In this document: positions 16,870 to 28,960 of the stretch, piece by piece
Position numbering within the stretch: the stretch's first letter is position 1
How the letters are laid out: each line of letters starts with the position of its first letter
Assembly: GCF_056746865.1 (NCBI RefSeq)
Contig: NZ_CM163382.1
Strand: one strand, 5' to 3'
Length of the DNA stretch: 64,000 bases
The notes under the pieces: generated by a model
Told to the model about the DNA's origin: nothing
What the model saw: the letters and a program-made list of their open reading frames with translations, nothing else
The model's database searches: none
Made by a program: the position numbers and the translations under genes

Positions 16870-18070
16870 ATCCCATTCCACTCATCGCATCGCCTAAATG
16901 GAAAATGGGCAGATACATTGCCACCACCAGCGTACCGATAATTCCTCCCGTTATGATCAGCAACGCCGGTTCCAGTAAGGCTGCGAGGTTATCCGCCAGC
17001 GCCATTGTGTTATCCCGATGATGATGGGCGAGGTTGTCTAACATGAGATCCAGCGAGCCGGATGCCTCTCCTGTTCTCACTAATTGCAAACAGAGTGGGC
17101 TAAACTCACCGGCATTTTTTAGCGCCAGCCAGATGGGTTGACCGTTACTGATATCGTGCTGGATTTGTGTCAGAAGTTGCACCCAGTACGGGCAGCGCAT
17201 TGTTTCTCTGACGCTCTCTACGCCCTGTAAAAAAGTAATGCCTGCACTTTGAGTCAGCGCCAGAATCGTAAAGATCTGCGTGAGTTTTTGTCCCCGCATC
17301 AGTGAACCCATAATCGGGATGCGTAACAGCAATTTCTGCCGCGCGATAAGCCAGGTCGGGCGGCGCATCAGCAACTTATTGGCTATCGCCAGCAGAAAGC
17401 CGAATAACACCAGCAGCCAGCCCCATTCGCCACTAAAGTCTGCCAGCGTCATGATCCCCTGCGTTAGTACCGGTAGTGGGGTGTTGAAGGTCTTATAAAT
17501 AGCAGCAAACTCCGGCAGCACAAAATGCAGCATTGCCACAACCACCATGATTGCCATCGCTAAAATGATGATGGGATAACGCAACGCTGATTTCACTTTG
17601 TCGGTCAACTGACGCTGGGCTTTTTGCTGACGCGCCAGTTCAAAGCAGCATTCATCCAGCTTACCGGTCAGTTCACCCGTGCGGATCATCGCCTGATAGA
17701 GCGGCGGAAATACCTCTGACCAGGGTAATAAGGCATTGGAAAAAGCAATGCCCTGTTCGAGATCGTGCGCCAGCGATTGCAGCAACGCTTGCCATTGCTT
17801 ACTGGGATGCTGTTCCGCCAGCAGTGCCAGCCCTTCAGAAAGCGTTAACCCGGCTTTGAGTAGCGTCGCCAGTTGATGAATGACTTCCGCGCTTTTATCT
17901 CCTCGCCACTGCGCAGAATTGATGGCGATTCGCTTCAGGCTTAGTGGGGTAACCATCTGTTGCTGTAGTGCCATAAGCAGCAAAGCACGGCTCTCTGCCC
18001 ATAGCATCCCATCTTGCGCATTGCCGTCGCCGGTTATGCCACGCCAGCGCCAGAGTTGCTTACTCGCCAT
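16868..18070 (-). CDS. hofC: Type IV pilus assembly inner-membrane platform protein HofC (PilC/GspF family)
   Basis: 400-aa ORF, GspF-type polytopic protein; part of ppdD-hofB-hofC operon. Confidence 0.85.
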   Translation of the reverse strand: MASKQLWRWRGITGDGNAQDGMLWAESRALLLMALQQQMVTPLSLKRIAINSAQWRGDKSAEVIHQLATLLKAGLTLSEGLALLAEQHPSKQWQALLQSLAHDLEQGIAFSNALLPWSEVFPPLYQAMIRTGELTGKLDECCFELARQQKAQRQLTDKVKSALRYPIIILAMAIMVVVAMLHFVLPEFAAIYKTFNTPLPVLTQGIMTLADFSGEWGWLLVLFGFLLAIANKLLMRRPTWLIARQKLLLRIPIMGSLMRGQKLTQIFTILALTQSAGITFLQGVESVRETMRCPYWVQLLTQIQHDISNGQPIWLALKNAGEFSPLCLQLVRTGEASGSLDLMLDNLAHHHRDNTMALADNLAALLEPALLIITGGIIGTLVVAMYLPIFHLGDAMSGMG

Positions 18071-19445
18071 GCGGCATCCCCAATACGCGGATTAACTCTT
18101 CAAAGGTGGTTAAGCCTTGCTCCACGGCCAGGCAGCCGTTTTCAAAAAGCGTACGCATACCCGCCTGTCGGGCGTGCGTTTCCAGCGATTCAACGTCGGT
18201 ATTAGCGGAAATAAGCTGGCGTATGACCGGTGTTATGGGTAGAACTTCAAATAAGGCCGTACGACCATAAAAACCGTGGTAGCAATGTACACAACCGGGT
18301 GCTTGCCAGCGGGGCAGCGGCGACGACCATACATTGTCTGGAATATGGATGGACTCCCCTTGCTGCAGGCGACAATGTGGGCAAAGTTTGCGTACCAGAC
18401 GCTGGGCTATTACCAGTGTAAGCGCTGATGAGAGCATCCAGCGGGCGACTCCCATTTGCTGTAAACGTACCAGCGTTTCAGTGGTGGAATTGGTGTGTAG
18501 GGTAGACAACACCAGGTGACCGGTTTGCGCCGCTTTAATAGCGATCTCTGCTGTTTCGCCATCGCGGATCTCTCCGATCATAATGACGTCAGGGTCCTGG
18601 CGCAATAACGCACGCAAAACGCCCTGAAAGGTGAGTCCGGCACGCGGATGGATTTGCGTCTGGTTTAGTCCGGCTATGGGGATCTCAACCGGATCTTCGA
18701 CGCTACAAATATTAATGTCAGCGGTATTCAGCGTTTGCAGGGCACTATAAAGCGTGACCGTTTTGCCGCTGCCTGTAGGGCCTGTTACCAGCACCAGTCC
18801 CTGTGGTTGTTGCAAGGCATGAGCAAAGTCCGCCAGTTGTAACGGCTGCATTCCAAGCGTGTTGACATCCAGTGCCTGACTCACCTGCTGTAACAACCTT
18901 AATACCACCTTTTCACCACCCCGACATGGTAAGGTCGCAATACGAAATGAGACGGCGTTTCCTGCCAGTTCGACAGTGAATTGCCCGTCCTGCGGCAGGC
19001 GATGTTCCGCAATATCCAGGTTGCCCAGCACTTTTAATCTGGCGGTTAATGCGACTCCGACATCCGGTGAAACATCCGGTAAAGGATGCAATACGCCGTC
19101 GATACGCAAGCGGATGCGGTAGGCATTGTCCGCTGGTTCGATATGAATATCAGACGCGCGTTGTTCCAGCGCAGATTGTAGCGTTCGAGTCAGCAACTCT
19201 GCTTTGGGCTGATGCTTCTCATGAATAGCTACGGGCAATGTCTGTTGTGTGCGACTGGCGTGACCTTCCATTTGTTGGCGCGTCCAGCAGGTGATCTCAA
19301 TACGTTTGGTGGTAGCGAAATGCAATGCGTCTAGTAGCTCATGCGAAGGGGCATCGACCACCGCAACATGAACCACCTCTTCGCTGGCATCCAGCAAGAC
19401 TCCCTGATAACGCAGACACAGGGCGGTGAGCTGTGGAATATTCAT
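18060..19445 (-). CDS. hofB: Type IV pilus assembly ATPase HofB (PilB/GspE family)
   Basis: 461-aa ORF with Walker A GPTGSGKT and C-terminal CxxC...CxxC zinc motif; 11-nt overlap with hofC. Confidence 0.87.
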   Translation of the reverse strand: MNIPQLTALCLRYQGVLLDASEEVVHVAVVDAPSHELLDALHFATTKRIEITCWTRQQMEGHASRTQQTLPVAIHEKHQPKAELLTRTLQSALEQRASDIHIEPADNAYRIRLRIDGVLHPLPDVSPDVGVALTARLKVLGNLDIAEHRLPQDGQFTVELAGNAVSFRIATLPCRGGEKVVLRLLQQVSQALDVNTLGMQPLQLADFAHALQQPQGLVLVTGPTGSGKTVTLYSALQTLNTADINICSVEDPVEIPIAGLNQTQIHPRAGLTFQGVLRALLRQDPDVIMIGEIRDGETAEIAIKAAQTGHLVLSTLHTNSTTETLVRLQQMGVARWMLSSALTLVIAQRLVRKLCPHCRLQQGESIHIPDNVWSSPLPRWQAPGCVHCYHGFYGRTALFEVLPITPVIRQLISANTDVESLETHARQAGMRTLFENGCLAVEQGLTTFEELIRVLGMPHGE

Positions 19446-19454
19446 TGCCGCTCC

Positions 19455-19895
19455 TTAGTTGGCGTCATCAAAGCGGAAGACATCTTCGCAGGCTTGCTGC
19501 AATGCGCTGTCACTTTGAATATTGCAGTTGCGCGTCCAACCGGTGACGCCGTTTGCGTTATCCCAACCCGGCGTCATGACGACGCTTAGCCCATTGAGAC
19601 TTTCTTGCCCGGTCAGCGACACCACGCCCTTTGCCACACTCATGGCTGAAACATAGCGGGTGGTGGTAGGCGAGGGGATGCCATTACTGCCACCGTCGCA
19701 GGTATCTAATCCACCATGTTCCAGCGCGCACAACTCTACGGCGGTACGGTAAGGCACAAAGGTTTGTAGCATGTCGGTGAGTGCGGCTTTGCGCAGGTAG
19801 TTTTGATAAGCGGGAATACCAATGGCGCTTAAAATGGCAATGATGCCAATAACCACCATCAGTTCGATAAGTGTAAAACCGCGTTGCTTGTCCAT
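19455..19895 (-). CDS. ppdD: Type IV prepilin PpdD
   Basis: 146-aa ORF; N-terminus MDKQRGFTLIELMVVIGIIAILSAIGIP is a class III signal peptide / N-methylated pilin motif. Confidence 0.88.
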   Translation of the reverse strand: MDKQRGFTLIELMVVIGIIAILSAIGIPAYQNYLRKAALTDMLQTFVPYRTAVELCALEHGGLDTCDGGSNGIPSPTTTRYVSAMSVAKGVVSLTGQESLNGLSVVMTPGWDNANGVTGWTRNCNIQSDSALQQACEDVFRFDDAN

Positions 19896-20097
19896 TTGTT
19901 TCGCTCCTTGATTTGGTTGGCGCTACTTTGGCAAACGCCATCAGCACAAGCGAGGGGCAAAAAACGAAACGGGAAAGCAGCTTCCGGAGTTTTTTATTAT
20001 GTTGCAGCGAAAGACAAGAAATTTGCGAGGCGTTACGAAGAAAGTTGGGAAAGGGGAGATTATCCGCCCGCGATGGAGCGGATAAATCTGTCAGCAA

Positions 20098-21051
<954 letters not shown>

Positions 21052-21078
21052 TTAGCACCACATATAAGGAGATCCTGC

Positions 21079-21630
21079 ATGTTGTTAGAACAGGGGTGGC
21101 TGGTTGGCGCGCGCCGCGTTCCCTCACCACATTACGATTGCCGCCCGGATGACGAAACACCCACCCTGCTGGTGGTGCACAATATTAGCCTGCCGCCAGG
21201 CGAGTTTGGCGGTCCGTGGATCGACGCATTATTCACTGGAACTATTGATCCGCAGGCACATCCTTTCTTTGCTGAGATCGCCCATTTGCGCGTCTCCGCT
21301 CACTGTTTGATTCGCCGCGATGGTGAAATAGTCCAGTATGTTCCTTTCGATAAACGTGCCTGGCATGCCGGAGTCTCTCAGTATCAGGGGCGCGAACGCT
21401 GCAATGATTTTTCTATTGGGATTGAGCTGGAAGGCACCGATACGCTGGCGTATACCGATGCGCAGTATCAACAGCTTGCGGCGGTTACGCGGGCACTGAT
21501 TGATCGCTATCCAGATATCGCTAATAACATGACGGGCCATTGTGATATCGCGCCGGATCGGAAAACCGATCCCGGTCCTGCATTTGATTGGGCACGGTTT
21601 CGTGCACTGGTCAGCAAGGAGACAACATGA
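21079..21630 (+). CDS. ampD: 1,6-anhydro-N-acetylmuramyl-L-alanine amidase AmpD
   Basis: 183-aa ORF, amidase_2 / PGRP-like fold. Confidence 0.9.
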
Positions 21631-22481
21631 CGCTATTTACAACCTTACTGGTGTTAATTTTCGAGCGCCTGTTTAAGTTGGGCGAGCACTGGCAGCTTGA
21701 TCATCGTCTTGAAGCGTTCTTTCGGCGGGTGAAACATTTTTCTCTCGGGCGCACATTAGGCATGACCATTATTGCGATGGGCGTGACTTTTTTACTGTTA
21801 CGCGCATTGCAGGGAGTATTGTTCAACGTTCCCACGCTGCTGGTGTGGCTGCTGATTGGTTTGCTGTGTATTGGCGCAGGTAAAGTTCGTCTTCATTATC
21901 ATGCTTATCTGACAGCTGCTTCACGTAATGATAGCCATGCCCGTGCCACGATGGCTGGCGAACTCACCATGATTCACGGCGTCCCGGCAGGCTGCGATGA
22001 ACGTGAGTATTTGCGTGAGCTGCAAAATGCATTGCTGTGGATTAACTTTCGTTTTTATCTTGCACCGCTGTTCTGGCTGATTGTGGGGGGAACCTGGGGA
22101 CCCGTTACGCTGATGGGGTATGCGTTTTTGCGTGCATGGCAATACTGGCTGGCGCGTTACCAGACGCCGCATCATCGTTTACAGTCCGGCATTGATGCCG
22201 TGCTTCATGTACTGGATTGGGTGCCGGTTCGTCTTGCGGGTGTGGTATATGCCTTGATCGGTCATGGTGAGAAAGCGTTACCGGCCTGGTTTGCTTCGCT
22301 GGGTGATTTCCATACTTCGCAATATCAGGTATTAACGCGTCTGGCACAGTTCTCTCTGGCGCGTGAACCGCATGTCGATAAGGTGGAGACGCCGAAGGCA
22401 GCGGTTTCCATGGCGAAGAAAACCTCGTTCGTGGTCGTGGTGGTAATTGCGCTACTGACGATTTACGGGGCGTTGGTGTAA
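21627..22481 (+). CDS. ampE: Inner membrane protein AmpE
   Basis: ATG at 21627 overlapping ampD stop (ATGA) gives 284 aa [16 protein letters not shown]...; ORF track frame extends upstream. Confidence 0.85.
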
Positions 22482-22489
22482 AGATTATT

Positions 22490-22514
22490 GCCCTCACCCT
22501 GCACGGGTGAGGGC
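22490..22514. terminator. Convergent ampE/aroP hairpin
   Basis: gccctcaccc-tgcacg-ggtgagggc perfect inverted repeat between convergent genes. Confidence 0.5.
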
Positions 22515-22523
22515 GTAGAGAGA

Positions 22524-23897
22524 TTAATGCGCTTTTACGGCTTTGGCGGTTTTCTCTTTAAACAGATAGCCGATACCTAACACGATCAGCCATACCGGGA
22601 TCAGGTATACCGAAATCGCCATTCCTGGGGTCATCAGCATAATCACCAGTACCGCCGCCATAAACAGCAGGCAGATCCAGTTACCCAGCGGATAAAGCAG
22701 AGCAGGGAAGCGAGTTACCACGCCTTGTTCCTGCTTGGCGCGACGGAATTTCATATGCGCCAGGCTAATCATCGCCCAGTTGATTACCAGTGCAGATACC
22801 ACCAGCGCCATTAACAGGCCAAATGCGGATTCCGGAGCAAGATAGTTAATCAGTACGCACAATGCCGTAACCAGCGCAGACACCAGAATAGTGTTAACCG
22901 GTACACCGCGTTTGTCGACAGACGCCAGCGCTTTTGGCGCGTTGCCCTGTTGTGCCAGACCAAACAGCATACGGCTGTTGCAATATACGCAGCTGTTGTA
23001 CACGGAGAGCGCAGCAGTCAGTACCACGATGTTCAGCGCATTAGCCACAAAGGTATCGCCCAATTCGTGGAAGATCAGTACAAACGGACTGGTATCAGCA
23101 GTAACGCGGGTCCACGGCATCAGCGAGAGCAGAACGGCTAACGAACCAATATAGAAAATCAGGATGCGGTAGATAACCTGGTTAGTCGCTTTTGGAATAC
23201 TTTGCTCCGGGTTATCTGCTTCTGCTGCGGTGATGCCCACCAGTTCCAGACCACCGAAAGAGAACATGATAATCGCCATCATCATCACCAGCCCGGTGAA
23301 GCCGTGCGGCAGGAAACCACCCTGATCCCACAGGTTGCTAACGCTCGCCTGCGGGCCGCCGTTGCCGCTGAATAGCAGCCAGCCGCCGAAGATGATCATC
23401 GCTACCACCGCGATAACTTTGATAATGGCAAACCAGAACTCCATCTCGCCAAACACTTTTACGTTTGTCAGGTTGATGGCGTTGATCACCACAAAGAACA
23501 CGGCGGCAGAAACCCAGGTGGGGATTTCCGGATACCAGAACTGAATGTATTTACCCACGGCAGTCAGCTCAGCCATGGCAACTAAAACGTACAGTACCCA
23601 GTAGTTCCAGCCAGAGGCGAAACCGGCAAAACTGCCCCAGTATTTATAAGCAAAGTGGCTAAAGGAGCCTGCGACAGGTTCCTCGACCACCATTTCACCT
23701 AGCTGACGCATGATCAGAAAGGCGATAAAACCAGCAATGGCGTAACCCAGGATAATCCCTGGCCCTGCGGACTGTATTACGGAGGCGCTACCCAGGAATA
23801 GCCCTGTCCCTATCGCGCCTCCCAGCGCGATAAGCTGTATGTGGCGGTTTTTAAGGCCGCGCTTTAGCTGCTCGCCGTGCTGTTGACCTTCCATCAT
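22524..23897 (-). CDS. aroP: Aromatic amino acid:H+ symporter AroP (APC family)
   Basis: 457-aa ORF, 12-TM amino acid permease (MMEGQQHGEQLKRGLKNRHIQLIALGGAIGTGLF). Confidence 0.95.
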   Translation of the reverse strand: MMEGQQHGEQLKRGLKNRHIQLIALGGAIGTGLFLGSASVIQSAGPGIILGYAIAGFIAFLIMRQLGEMVVEEPVAGSFSHFAYKYWGSFAGFASGWNYWVLYVLVAMAELTAVGKYIQFWYPEIPTWVSAAVFFVVINAINLTNVKVFGEMEFWFAIIKVIAVVAMIIFGGWLLFSGNGGPQASVSNLWDQGGFLPHGFTGLVMMMAIIMFSFGGLELVGITAAEADNPEQSIPKATNQVIYRILIFYIGSLAVLLSLMPWTRVTADTSPFVLIFHELGDTFVANALNIVVLTAALSVYNSCVYCNSRMLFGLAQQGNAPKALASVDKRGVPVNTILVSALVTALCVLINYLAPESAFGLLMALVVSALVINWAMISLAHMKFRRAKQEQGVVTRFPALLYPLGNWICLLFMAAVLVIMLMTPGMAISVYLIPVWLIVLGIGYLFKEKTAKAVKAH

Positions 23898-24390
23898 GAA
23901 ACCTCGTGCGGTGATTGTTTTTTTGATCTACGCAGTGATGCGTGTGTAAGTTTTCAATTCCGTTTGTTGTATTGATTTGTTTACATCAAAGAAGTTTGAA
24001 TTGTTACAAAAGGACTTCCGTCAGATCAAGAATAATGGTATGCGGCAGCGAATGCACCCGCTTTATGCATGGTTGAAGATGAGTTGCTTAAAAAGAAACC
24101 GTTTGTAAAGCTCAGCCTCAACCCCTCTCAATATGTATAATGAATTTAAATTCGTTTTAATTGAATTAAAAATCACAAAATTGGTAAGTGAATCGGTTCA
24201 ATTCGGATTTTTATAGTTTAATAATCGTTAAAAAACCCCTTTCCTACGTAAAGTCTACATTTGTGCATAGTTACAACTTTGAAACGTTATATATGTCAAG
24301 TTGTTAAAATGTGCACAGTTTCATGATTTCAATCAAAACCTATATGGACATAAGGTGAATACTTTGTTACTTTAGCGTCACAGACATGAA

Positions 24391-24405
24391 ATTGGTAAGA
24401 CCAAT
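24391..24405 (+). promoter_or_regulatory. PdhR operator (perfect palindrome ATTGGTaagACCAAT) in pdhR promoter region
   Basis: attggtaagaccaat 33 nt upstream of pdhR ATG; matches known PdhR box. Confidence 0.75.
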
Positions 24406-24437
24406 TGACTTCGGCAAGTGGCTTAAGACAGGAACTC

Positions 24438-25202
24438 ATGGCCTACAGCAAAATCCGCCAACCAAAACTCTCCGATGTGATTGAGCAGCAACTGGAGTTT
24501 TTGATCCTCGAAGGCACACTCCGCCCGGGCGAAAAACTCCCACCGGAACGCGAACTGGCGAAACAGTTCGACGTCTCCCGTCCCTCCTTGCGTGAGGCGA
24601 TTCAACGTCTCGAAGCGAAGGGCTTGTTGCTTCGTCGCCAGGGTGGCGGCACTTTTGTCCAGAGCAGCCTATGGCAAAGCTTCAGCGATCCGCTGGTGGA
24701 GCTGCTCTCCGACCATCCTGAATCACAGTATGACTTGCTCGAAACACGACACGCCCTGGAAGGTATCGCCGCTTATTACGCCGCGCTGCGTAGTACCGAT
24801 GAAGACAAGGAACGCATCCGTGAACTCCACCACGCCATAGAGCTGGCGCAGCAGTCTGGCGATCTGGACGCGGAATCAAATGCCGTACTCCAGTATCAGA
24901 TTGCCGTCACCGAAGCGGCCCACAATGTGGTTCTGCTTCATCTGCTAAGGTGTATGGAGCCGATGTTGGCCCAGAATGTCCGCCAGAACTTCGAATTGCT
25001 CTATTCGCGTCGCGAGATGCTGCCGCTGGTGAGTAGTCACCGCACCCGCATATTTGAAGCGATTATGGCCGGTAAGCCGGAAGAAGCGCGCGAAGCATCG
25101 CATCGCCATCTGGCCTTTATCGAAGAAATTTTGCTCGACAGAAGCCGCGAAGAGAGTCGCCGTGAGCGTTCTCTGCGTCGTCTGGAGCAACGAAAGAATT
25201 AG
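24438..25202 (+). CDS. pdhR: Pyruvate dehydrogenase complex repressor PdhR (GntR/FadR family)
   Basis: ATG at 24438 gives 254 aa [26 protein letters not shown]... with GntR wHTH; ORF track begins at upstream TTG. Confidence 0.92.
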
Positions 25203-25362
25203 TGATTTTTCTGGTAAAAATTATCCAGAAGATGTTGTAAATCAAGCGCATATAAAAGCGCGGCAACTAAACGTAGAACCTGTCTTATTGAGCTTTCCGG
25301 CGAGAGTTCAATGGGACAGGTTCCAGAAAACTCAACGTTATTAGATAGATAAGGAATAACCC

Positions 25363-28026
25363 ATGTCAGAACGTTTCCCAAATGACGTGGATCCGATCGA
25401 AACTCGCGACTGGCTCCAGGCGATCGAATCGGTCATCCGTGAAGAAGGTGTTGAGCGTGCTCAGTATCTGATCGACCAACTGCTTGCTGAAGCCCGCAAA
25501 GGCGGTGTCAACGTAGCCGCAGGCACCGGTATCAGCAACTACATCAACACCATCCCCGTTGAAGAACAACCGGAGTATCCGGGTAATCTGGAACTGGAAC
25601 GCCGTATTCGTTCAGCTATCCGCTGGAACGCCATCATGACGGTTCTGCGTGCGTCGAAAAAAGACCTCGAACTGGGCGGCCACATGGCGTCCTTCCAGTC
25701 TTCCGCAACCATTTATGATGTGTGCTTTAACCACTTCTTCCGTGCACGCAACGAGCAGGATGGCGGCGATCTGGTTTACTTCCAGGGCCACATCTCCCCG
25801 GGCGTTTACGCTCGTGCTTTCCTGGAAGGTCGTCTGACTCAGGAGCAGCTGGATAACTTCCGTCAGGAAGTTCACGGCAATGGCCTCTCTTCCTATCCGC
25901 ACCCGAAACTGATGCCGGAATTCTGGCAGTTCCCGACCGTATCTATGGGTCTGGGTCCGATTGGTGCTATTTACCAGGCTAAATTCCTGAAATATTTGGA
26001 ACACCGTGGCCTGAAAGATACCTCTAAACAGACCGTTTACGCCTTCCTCGGCGACGGTGAAATGGACGAACCGGAATCCAAAGGTGCGATCACCATCGCT
26101 ACCCGTGAAAAACTGGATAACCTGGTCTTCGTTATCAACTGTAACCTGCAGCGTCTTGACGGCCCGGTCACCGGTAACGGCAAGATCATCAACGAACTGG
26201 AAGGCATCTTCGAAGGTGCTGGCTGGAACGTGATCAAAGTGATGTGGGGTAGCCGTTGGGATGAACTGCTGCGTAAAGATACCAGCGGTAAACTGATCCA
26301 GCTGATGAACGAAACCGTTGACGGCGACTACCAGACCTTCAAATCGAAAGATGGTGCGTACGTTCGTGAACACTTCTTCGGTAAATATCCGGAAACCGCA
26401 GCTCTGGTTGCAGACTGGACTGACGAGCAGATCTGGGCGCTGAACCGTGGCGGTCACGATCCGAAGAAAATCTACGCTGCATTCAAGAAAGCGCAGGAAA
26501 CCAAAGGCAAAGCGACGGTAATCCTTGCTCATACCATTAAAGGTTACGGCATGGGCGACGCGGCTGAAGGTAAAAACATCGCGCACCAGGTTAAGAAAAT
26601 GAACATGGACGGCGTGCGTCATATCCGCGACCGTTTCAATGTGCCGGTGTCTGATGCAGATATCGAAAAACTGCCGTACATCACCTTCCCGGAAGGTTCT
26701 GAAGAGCATACCTATCTGCACGCTCAGCGTCAGAAACTGCACGGTTATCTGCCAAGCCGTCAGCCGAACTTCACCGAGAAGCTTGAGCTGCCGAGCCTGC
26801 AAGACTTCGGCGCGCTGCTGGAAGAGCAGAGCAAAGAGATCTCTACCACTATCGCTTTCGTTCGTGCTCTGAACGTGATGCTGAAGAACAAGTCGATCAA
26901 AGATCGTCTGGTACCGATCATCGCCGACGAAGCGCGTACTTTCGGTATGGAAGGTCTGTTCCGTCAGATTGGTATTTACAGCCCGAACGGTCAGCAGTAC
27001 ACCCCGCAGGACCGCGAGCAGGTTGCTTACTATAAAGAAGACGAGAAAGGTCAGATTCTGCAGGAAGGGATCAACGAGCTGGGCGCAGGGTGTTCCTGGC
27101 TGGCAGCGGCGACCTCTTACAGCACCAACAATCTGCCGATGATTCCGTTCTACATCTATTACTCGATGTTCGGCTTCCAGCGTATCGGCGATCTGTGCTG
27201 GGCGGCTGGCGACCAGCAAGCGCGTGGCTTCCTGATCGGCGGTACTTCCGGTCGTACCACCCTGAACGGCGAAGGTCTGCAGCACGAAGATGGTCACAGC
27301 CACATTCAGTCGCTGACTATCCCGAACTGTATCTCTTACGACCCGGCTTACGCTTACGAAGTTGCTGTCATCATGCATGACGGTCTGGAGCGTATGTACG
27401 GTGAAAAACAAGAGAACGTTTACTACTACATCACTACGCTGAACGAAAACTACCACATGCCGGCAATGCCGGAAGGTGCTGAGGAAGGTATCCGTAAAGG
27501 TATCTACAAACTCGAAACCATTGAAGGTAGCAAAGGTAAAGTTCAGCTGCTGGGCTCCGGTTCTATCCTGCGTCACGTCCGTGAAGCGGCAGAGATCCTG
27601 GCGAAAGATTACGGCGTAGGTTCTGACGTTTATAGCGTGACCTCCTTCACCGAGCTGGCGCGTGATGGTCAGGATTGTGAACGCTGGAACATGCTGCACC
27701 CGCTGGAAACACCGCGCGTTCCGTATATCGCTCAGGTGATGAATGACGCTCCGGCAGTGGCATCTACCGACTATATGAAACTGTTCGCTGAGCAGGTCCG
27801 TACTTACGTACCGGCTGACGACTATCGCGTACTGGGTACTGATGGCTTCGGTCGTTCCGACAGCCGTGAGAACCTGCGTCACCACTTCGAAGTTGATGCT
27901 TCTTATGTCGTGGTTGCGGCGCTGGGCGAACTGGCTAAACGTGGCGAAATCGATAAGAAAGTGGTTGCTGACGCAATCGCCAAATTCAACATCGATGCAG
28001 ATAAAGTTAACCCGCGTCTGGCTTAA
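25363..28026 (+). CDS. aceE: Pyruvate dehydrogenase E1 component AceE
   Basis: 887-aa [32 protein letters not shown]..., ThDP-dependent E1. Confidence 0.97.
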
Positions 28027-28040
28027 GAGGTAAAAGAATA

Positions 28041-28960
28041 ATGGCTATCGAAATCAAAGTACCGGACATCGGGGCTGATGAAGTTGAAATCACCGAGATC
28101 CTGGTCAAAGTGGGCGACAAAGTTGAAGCCGAACAGTCGCTGATCACCGTAGAAGGCGACAAAGCCTCTATGGAAGTACCATCTCCGCAGGCGGGTATCG
28201 TTAAAGAGATCAAAGTCTCTGTTGGCGATAAAACCCAGACCGGCGCACTGATTATGATTTTCGATTCCGCCGACGGTGCAGCTGACGCTGCACCTGCTCA
28301 GGCAGAAGAGAAGAAAGAAGCAGCTCCGGCAGCAGCACCAGCGGCTGCGGCGGCAAAAGACGTTAACGTTCCGGATATCGGCAGCGACGAAGTCGAAGTG
28401 ACCGAAATCCTGGTGAAAGTTGGCGATAAAGTTGAAGCTGAACAGTCGCTGATCACCGTAGAAGGCGACAAGGCTTCTATGGAAGTTCCGGCTCCGTTTG
28501 CAGGCACCGTGAAAGAGATCAAAGTGAACGTGGGTGACAAAGTGTCTACCGGCTCGCTGATTATGGTCTTCGAAGTCGCGGGTGAAGCAGGCGCGGCAGC
28601 TCCGGCGGCTAAACAGGAAGCAGCTCCGGCAGCGGCCCCTGCATCAGCAGCTGGCGTGAAAGAAGTTAACGTTCCGGATATCGGCGGTGACGAAGTTGAA
28701 GTGACCGAAGTGATGGTGAAAGTGGGCGACAAAGTTGCCGCTGAACAGTCACTGATCACCGTAGAAGGCGATAAAGCTTCTATGGAAGTCCCGGCTCCGT
28801 TTGCAGGCGTCGTGAAGGAACTGAAAGTCAACGTTGGCGATAAAGTGAAAACTGGCTCGCTGATTATGATCTTCGAAGTTGAAGGCGCAGCGCCTGCGGC
28901 AGCTCCTGCGAAACAGGAAGCGGCAGCGCCGGCTCCGGCAGCAAAAGCTGAAGCTCCGGC
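28041..28960 (+). repeat. aceF: Three tandem ~300-bp in-frame repeats encoding the AceF lipoyl domains and linkers
   Basis: Near-identical nucleotide blocks around 28080-28260, 28380-28560 and 28680-28860. Confidence 0.85.

Noticed and set aside
25150-25362. Possible small RNA (Tp2-like) at the pdhR 3' end / pdhR-aceE spacer
   Set aside because: I recall an sRNA annotated near here in K-12 but cannot confirm boundaries or a terminator structure from sequence alone; not reported as a feature.
25612-27885. 757-aa minus-strand ORF antisense to aceE
   Set aside because: Completely contained within and antisense to a highly conserved, highly expressed gene; no ribosome-binding context; stop-codon-poor antisense frames are a known artefact of GC-rich codon usage.
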